From Candidatus Dojkabacteria bacterium (GTDB lineage Bacteria; Patescibacteriota; Dojkabacteria; JAFGLO01), in NCBI GenBank assembly GCA_016927995.1, contig JAFGLO010000015.1, positions 75,430-139,429 of the forward strand: 64,000 nucleotides of DNA. The letters are read 5' to 3'. Every line of letters starts with the position of its first letter. The first letter of the stretch is position 1. Positions 59,467 through 64,000 of the stretch are shown in pieces. A program made the position numbers and the translations under genes. Below the pieces are notes generated by a model. That model ran no database searches. It worked only from the letters and a program-made list of their open reading frames with translations, and was not told the origin of the DNA.

Positions 59467-59867
59467 GGAGAGGTGCCTGACCTTGCCATAGGCAGATCTG
59501 GCCCTAGTTTATGTTCTGGGAGAGGTGCCTGAGTGGTCGAAAGGACCGCTTTCGAAAAGCGGCGTCCCGCTTGTCGGGACCGTGGGTTCGAATCCCACCC
59601 TCTCCGGGTGGCACCCAAAGGGTGTCAGCCGGAGAGGGATGAAGTAGGAGAGCCCAGTGAAACGGGGGCGGAACGTACCATAAAGAAAATATCAGCACGT
59701 CTTGGCCGAAGGCCAAAATCCCACCCTCTCCGAGTGTGTGATTCTTCGCCACGGTATTCTGGTCAAATTCTTCCCGCAAGCCTAGGCTTTCGGGAAAGTT
59801 AGCCCCTTTATAGGTGTGCGGGCTGGGTTCCCTGTCTGCCGACAGGTAGAGAATCCCACCCTCTCCG
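59467..59867 (+). repeat. Partial copies of tRNA-Ser ends: 5' end at 59467-59480, inverted 3' end at 59629-59638, direct 3' ends at 59717-59732 and 59851-59867
   Basis: GGAGAGGTGCCTGA; CCGGAGAGGG; AATCCCACCCTCTCCG twice in addition to the tRNA copy. Confidence 0.9.
59519..59606 (+). tRNA. tRNA-Ser(CGA), long variable arm, CCA not encoded
   Basis: Acceptor GGAGAGG/CCTCTCC, anticodon arm CCGCT-TTCGAAA-AGCGG, T-arm GTGGG-TTCGAAT-CCCAC. Confidence 0.96.
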
Positions 59868-59929
59868 CAGATGTGCTTTAGTATACAATATTTGACTTAC
59901 CCATATTTGAAAAGGTAATATAGGCCAAT

Positions 59930-60205
59930 ATGAAAGAACCTACTATACAAACATAGGTTATACAAAGGGCCAAAAAAAGATTATTGATTGTGGGATTGGT
60001 AATACTTGGCTTGTTTGTAATATATGCAATTATTCCTAAAAGATGCGACGATTATGTGATTTTTACTGGGCATATTACTGGAGGTAGTGATGATTCTGGG
60101 TACATTTTAGTATGTGAATGTATTGGATATAAAATTCAAAGAAAATATGCTCCTACCGATAATTCTGGCACGTGCATTGGGATAATGTATCATAGGAAAG
60201 AATAA
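59930..60205 (+). pseudogene. Small Cys-containing membrane-anchored protein with an in-frame TAG at codon 9
   Basis: MKEPTIQT*VIQRAKKRLLIVG... is in frame with ORF 59984..60205. Confidence 0.45.
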
Positions 60206-60387
60206 ATGAACGAGGGGCAGGGGAACAAGCTGTGTTGGAAAAGTATTATCCTGATGCCCAAATTACTGCGATTGGCTTGTCTCATGCAGGGTCAGAGTTT
60301 TTAGTGATGTTTGATATTGCCAAATGGATTAAAGAAAATTTTGGGATCGAGGCTACGCCTTTTCCAGAGAAAAACTGGTGGAGGTAA
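60202..60387 (+). pseudogene. Orphan C-terminal gene fragment, Nif3-like
   Basis: Hand translation ...AIGLSHAGSEFLVMFDIAKWIKENFGIEATPFPEKNWWR*, resembling the Nif3 C-terminal H..(S/T)E motif; the N-terminal part is absent. Confidence 0.45.
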
Positions 60388-60449
60388 TACCATCATCTCA
60401 AAGGTTATTGCTTAATCGGTAATACATTCTAATATAACAAAGCTGATTA

Positions 60450-60611
60450 CTATATTAGAGGGCTTTTGATATTTTCGGTGTCCAGCTGACTTAAGTTCTT
60501 TTTTCTAAAAGTGAAATACTTCTTGAGACCATTCACATAACTTTTTATTGTTCTGGGGCTGTAATCACGAATTTCGAGCTCTCGTATTGTTATATTCAGT
60601 TCTTTTTGCAT
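60450..60611 (-). pseudogene. Truncated integron-type tyrosine recombinase (N-terminal SAM-like domain only)
   Basis: MQKELNITIRELEIRDYSPRTIKSYVNGLKKYF...LDTENIK matches the R.YS.RT.KSY integrase N-terminus; divergent from the cassette array. Confidence 0.8.
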
Positions 60612-60669
60612 AAAAATATGGTTATGATAAAATTAGGACAGTTAATTTAGTGTTATTATAGCAGGGTGG

Positions 60670-60740
60670 ATTCGTATAGTATACGAATTTTCGTATAAAT
60701 TACGAAAACACTTCGGATAGTAACGAGTTGTACGCAATTC
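60670..60740 (+). other. attI-like recombination region
   Basis: Palindromes ATTCGTATA-G-TATACGAAT and TTTTCGTA-TAAAT-TACGAAAA, then GTTGTACGC core at 60727, complementary to the attC1 left end. Confidence 0.65.
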
Positions 60741-60756
60741 AAAAAAAGAGGTTTAT

Positions 60757-61101
60757 ATGGATGAAAAAATAAAACAATACATTGAAAAACAGAAGCCTAA
60801 AGAAAGACAGCTTATTGAAGAAGCGAGAAAATTAATATATGAAACGATTCCGGAATGTGATGAGTTTTTTCAATGGGGTGTTTTATGTTACTCTAAAGGC
60901 AAAATTTATATTGCTGCAATGAAGGACAGAATCCATGTAGGTTTTTCAATTATTGGTTTATCAAAAGAAGAGGTGAAAATTTTTGAAGGTAGTGGAAAAA
61001 CAGCCAGGCATATAAAAATATTTTCTGTTAATCAATTAGAAGAAAAAAATATTGCAGAATATGTTGAGATGGTTAATAAAAAAGCTGGTATACCTAGTTA
61101 A
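60757..61101 (+). CDS. DUF1801 family protein (gene cassette 1)
   Basis: I..YIEK, E...WGV..Y, EGSGKT.RHIKI. Confidence 0.8.
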   Translation: MDEKIKQYIEKQKPKERQLIEEARKLIYETIPECDEFFQWGVLCYSKGKIYIAAMKDRIHVGFSIIGLSKEEVKIFEGSGKTARHIKIFSVNQLEEKNIAEYVEMVNKKAGIPS

Positions 61102-61129
61102 CTTTTATTACCATTTTTTTTTGAACTGC

Positions 61130-61229
61130 GTACAACAGCGTGTAGCCGGTTCGGGCGGAGTACCTCTCTCTCCCAAATTGCCTCCGCGAGTACGCTCCGG
61201 CAACTTCGGCTACACGCGGAACGTTATGT
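61130..61229 (+). mobile_element. attC site 1 (100 bp)
   Basis: R'' GTACAAC, 11-bp inverted repeat GCGTGTAGCCG/CGGCTACACGC, R' GTTATGT. Confidence 0.85.
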
Positions 61230-61289
61230 GACATTTCGCGCACTGCCAAAAACGAAAAGGTTATAAATTTTGTTTTTTATATAGATACT

Positions 61290-61739
61290 ATGACGAAAAA
61301 AAGACATCAAAATATTCCTGCTTCTTATCTAACATTGTTCAAAGATAACAAAATCTTACTTCTTCGGCGTTGTAATACTGGATATGAAGACGGCAATTAC
61401 TCAATGGTTGCAGGACATGTTGATCCTTGCGAAACTTTTACTCAATGTATTATCAGAGAAGCAAAGGAAGAAGCAGGAATATTACTTAAACCTGAAGATT
61501 TGAAAGTTGTTCATGTAATGCACAGAAACTCTGGTACTGCTGAAAATAATGAAAGAGTTGATGTCTTTTTTATTGCTGAAAAATGGGGTGGTGAGATAGT
61601 AAACAAGGAACCTCACAAGTGCGATGATTTGTATTGGTTTGACTTGGATAGTATCCCAGAAAATGTCATCCCATATATCAAGCAAGCTATTGAAGGAATA
61701 AAAAATAAAATTTATTATAGTGAACATGGATGGCAGTGA
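61290..61739 (+). CDS. NUDIX hydrolase (gene cassette 2)
   Basis: Nudix box AGHVDPCE....CIIREAKEEAG; N.EPHKCD.L.WF. Confidence 0.92.
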   Translation: MTKKRHQNIPASYLTLFKDNKILLLRRCNTGYEDGNYSMVAGHVDPCETFTQCIIREAKEEAGILLKPEDLKVVHVMHRNSGTAENNERVDVFFIAEKWGGEIVNKEPHKCDDLYWFDLDSIPENVIPYIKQAIEGIKNKIYYSEHGWQ

Positions 61740-61792
61740 GCGAAACGCTAAAGCCATGCTGCGCTCTCGTTCCGCTACGCTCCACTCGGGTC

Positions 61793-61892
61793 ACATAACA
61801 CGGGATAAAAGGTTTGGCACTCGGCTCGTGTCTCACCAAAATTTTGCTCCACTCCGTTCCGCAAAACTTTGTATAGTCGCGGCACATTGTGG
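61793..61892 (+). mobile_element. attC site 2 (100 bp, degenerate)
   Basis: GTCACATAAC (61790) is the exact reverse complement of GTTATGTGAC (61223); imperfect arms; R' reads ATTGTGG instead of GTT. Confidence 0.7.
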
Positions 61893-62122
61893 CGAAATTC
61901 CGTTCATTAAAAACTGGTGGAGGTAATCAATGTGTTATAAGTCCATCTTAATGGCTGAGTTATCATACCCATCTTTAGTAGGCAAAACAATTAACGTTTC
62001 TGATCCTCGATATTAGGATATAACTACAGAGGTTCCTGTCTAATTGTGTTTGTATCTTATCGTTACTTTTTACTTTTACGTAATTTCTGCTATTATTTGT
62101 ATATAATTAGCTAACGTAATCC

Positions 62123-62554
62123 ATGATTAAGTCCAACCTAATAGCCCCATGCGGAATGAACTGTGCCTTATGTCTTGGGTATATCCGTGAAAAGAACCGT
62201 TGTGCAGGTTGTAGGGGAGACGAAAAGGGCATGCCAACGTATTGTGGAACCTGTAAAATGAAGGAGTGTGCAAAGGCAAAAGGATTTAAATACTGCTTTG
62301 AGTGTGATAAATATCCCTGTATGCTGGTAAAACATGTAGACAAGCGATACAGAACTCGTTATGGCATGAGCATGATAGAAAACCTAGACTTTATTAAAGC
62401 CCACGGAATTAGGGCATTTGTCAAAAAAGAAAAGGCCAGGTGGACGTGCAAATCCTGTGGAGCCATGCTTTGTGTTCATAGGCCAGTTTGTTTAAACTGT
62501 GGGGCGCAAAGGAATCCGCCGATGCCAGTTCCAACAAAGACAAGATCAAAGTAA
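62123..62554 (+). CDS. DUF3795 family Cys-rich protein
   Basis: IAPCGMNC.LC, C.GC, C.MK.C, CFEC..YPC, C-terminal zinc ribbon. Confidence 0.85.
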   Translation: MIKSNLIAPCGMNCALCLGYIREKNRCAGCRGDEKGMPTYCGTCKMKECAKAKGFKYCFECDKYPCMLVKHVDKRYRTRYGMSMIENLDFIKAHGIRAFVKKEKARWTCKSCGAMLCVHRPVCLNCGAQRNPPMPVPTKTRSK

Positions 62555-62590
62555 ACAATATCTTAACGGCTTTACTTGTTACCAACTTTA

Positions 62591-63226
62591 ATCGGTTCGC
62601 GTATAATCTATTAAGATAAGTTTTGTATTTTATCTTTATAAGAATTCTATTCAAGAGGAGAAAGGTTAAAAGATTTCTCATAATTTTCTTGTCAATGGTT
62701 ACACTTATTTCCATTTTGGTGGGAGTTATTTATTTCTTTTCATTTTGGTCGTGTGGTATGGATGATATGCAGAGGATATATTCTTGGCAGAAGTTTATTA
62801 TCCCAAGTGTATTAAGAAATGCACCTGAAAGCGAAACTATTAGTTGTTCTTGTGGTTATTATCCGAGTTGTGGAATTTTTGTTAAACATAATGAAACAAC
62901 AGAAAAAAATTTGGCTGATCTTATGCAGGATAATATCGTTTATTTTGAAAGTAATGGATACTATCTCACGATAGAGAGTTACTCTGGTGATGAACTTTAT
63001 TGTAAGGAAGGTTCATCAAAACTTGATTGTTTTCAGATGGTCAGTTATGAAAAGGATAATGCGACAATCCTAGCCGTTACATTTTATGACAGGTAGTTAT
63101 TTGTCGTTTGGTTTCTTTCGCAACTTTGGGAACAGGTCCTGGAACATTGTAATTTGAGGTACTAAAGAAAAATTCGAGATTGAGCGACTCCGATCGGTTC
63201 GCGTATAATCTATTAAGATAAGTTTT
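62591..63226. repeat. 34-bp perfect direct repeat (62591-62624, 63193-63226)
   Basis: ATCGGTTCGCGTATAATCTATTAAGATAAGTTTT occurs twice, 602 bp apart. Confidence 0.92.
62623..63096 (+). CDS. Membrane-anchored Cys-containing hypothetical protein (start uncertain)
   Basis: 157 aa ORF with basic-then-hydrophobic N-terminus, between the 34-bp repeats. Confidence 0.6.
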   Translation: MYFIFIRILFKRRKVKRFLIIFLSMVTLISILVGVIYFFSFWSCGMDDMQRIYSWQKFIIPSVLRNAPESETISCSCGYYPSCGIFVKHNETTEKNLADLMQDNIVYFESNGYYLTIESYSGDELYCKEGSSKLDCFQMVSYEKDNATILAVTFYDR

Positions 63227-63374
63227 AATAACAAAGTTTGGAAATTATAGTCTCTCCTGGAGAAATAGCCTATTGCTATCATGGAAGTGAATATTCGGAT
63301 AATGGTGATCGTAATGATTGTTTCAAGGTTGAGCATCTAGGATCTGATCGTTTAATTGTAACATTTTACAACAG

Positions 63375-63726
63375 GTGGTAGTGTTTGATATTAGAAAAAC
63401 AACAATTTGGCTGCTTTTGGTAAATGCAGCCTTCTGGCTTGTATATGCAATCTACTTTTCATTCCTTTGGTTTTGGGGAAGACCAGAGTATCTGATAATA
63501 AAGATACTACTTTTTATGGAACCAATTTTATATGTAGGTTCGCTCTGGGGGTTTGTAAAGAGAAACAGGTATATATATATGTTCAGTATTATTTGTGTTT
63601 GCTAACACAATATTGTCAATAACAGATCAGTTTGGAATTTTAGACCTTCTATCCTTAGGGATAAGTTTTGTGTGTTTGGTTGGGCTATTGGCGAACTGGG
63701 CTCAAATATTCAAGAAAAAACCTTAG
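63375..63726 (+). pseudogene. Small membrane protein frameshifted at a (TA)n tract
   Basis: ORF 63375..63605 continues in the +1 frame as FVFANTILSITDQFGILDLLSLG...KKKP*; one extra TA at 63570-63580 restores it. Confidence 0.6.
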
Positions 63727-63813
63727 AGCACTTTAATCACATAGTACCAATAGACAGCATTCAAAAAATATATTACACTTGGGGTAGATAATAAATTAAA
63801 AAATCCCAGACAG

Positions 63814-64000
63814 ATGAAGTTTTCAATCAAAACCACGGACATCGCAAAATACATGGCAAATATCGGGAGACTGGTTGATCCTAAACCGTCCATACCTGTT
63901 TTGGGGAATATCCTTATAAATGCATCAAAAGATGGAGTAATGTTTACTGCTTCAAATCTTGAACTTAGCATGCAGGTTACCCTAAAGGCCGATGTATCCG
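63814..64000 (+). CDS. dnaN: DNA polymerase III beta clamp, 3'-truncated by the window
   Basis: MKFSI...KPSIPVLGNILINA...FTASNLELS. Confidence 0.9.
   Translation, partial: MKFSIKTTDIAKYMANIGRLVDPKPSIPVLGNILINASKDGVMFTASNLELSMQVTLKADVS

Larger units (their letters stand above)
60370..61927. repeat. 19-bp perfect direct repeat flanking the integron remnant (60370-60388, 61909-61927)
   Basis: AAAAACTGGTGGAGGTAAT occurs at both positions. Confidence 0.9.

Noticed and set aside
59385-59802. Three short ORFs around tRNA-Ser
   Set aside because: Translations of the tRNA and its repeats (RRGWDSNPR is the typical antisense-tRNA artefact)
59591-59867. Possible CRISPR array from the three AATCCCACCCTCTCCG copies
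   Set aside because: The repeat is only 16-17 bp, is the tRNA 3' end, spacers exceed 100 bp and no cas genes are present
62591-62624. Chromosomal dif site
   Set aside because: Lacks the TTATGTTAAA XerD arm and 6-bp spacer geometry, and occurs twice; kept only as a direct repeat
63097-63336. 79-aa minus-strand ORF
   Set aside because: Runs through the 34-bp repeat with no recognisable motif; may be a remnant but is unsupported
1-64000. Alternative genetic code (TGA or TAG recoding)
   Set aside because: Conserved genes are full length under table 11 and end in TGA (fusA, rplN) or TAG (rpsC, rpsE, rpsK) at expected positions; the single internal TAG at 59954 is better explained as a nonsense mutation

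Overview
Chromosomal segment of a Candidate Phyla Radiation (Patescibacteria) bacterium. The lineage, most likely Microgenomates/Dojkabacteria/WWE3-like, is inferred from gene order, the missing rpmD and AT-rich ribosome-binding regions. Translation table 11 fits. Most of the window is housekeeping: pcrA, greA, trmD, recA, recJ, gltX, fusA-tuf, the S10-spc-alpha-rplM/rpsI ribosomal cluster, comM, RNase P RNA, fmt, rarA, rsmE, serS, rplU and two ABC systems, plus tRNA-Glu(CTC), tRNA-Ser(CGA) and the start of dnaN. The most unusual signals are as follows. (1) A decayed integron missed by the ORF track lies at 60.4-61.9 kb: a truncated integrase N-terminus, an attI-like site and two cassettes with 100-bp attC sites, all bracketed by a 19-bp direct repeat. 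(2) EF-Tu lacks the NKxD guanine-specificity motif, and EF-G carries NKxN. (3) Both tRNA genes are followed by inverted and direct echoes of their own ends, with short hairpins at the T-loop, and one 14-mer palindrome caps several helices in RNase P RNA and tRNA-Ser. (4) A 34-bp direct repeat brackets a single gene. (5) Several accessory genes are split by single indels or stops, one of them at an A-AAA-AAG slippery site. (6) An unexplained ORF-free stretch of about 550 bp follows pcrA. All calls come from reading motifs by eye; no database search was run.
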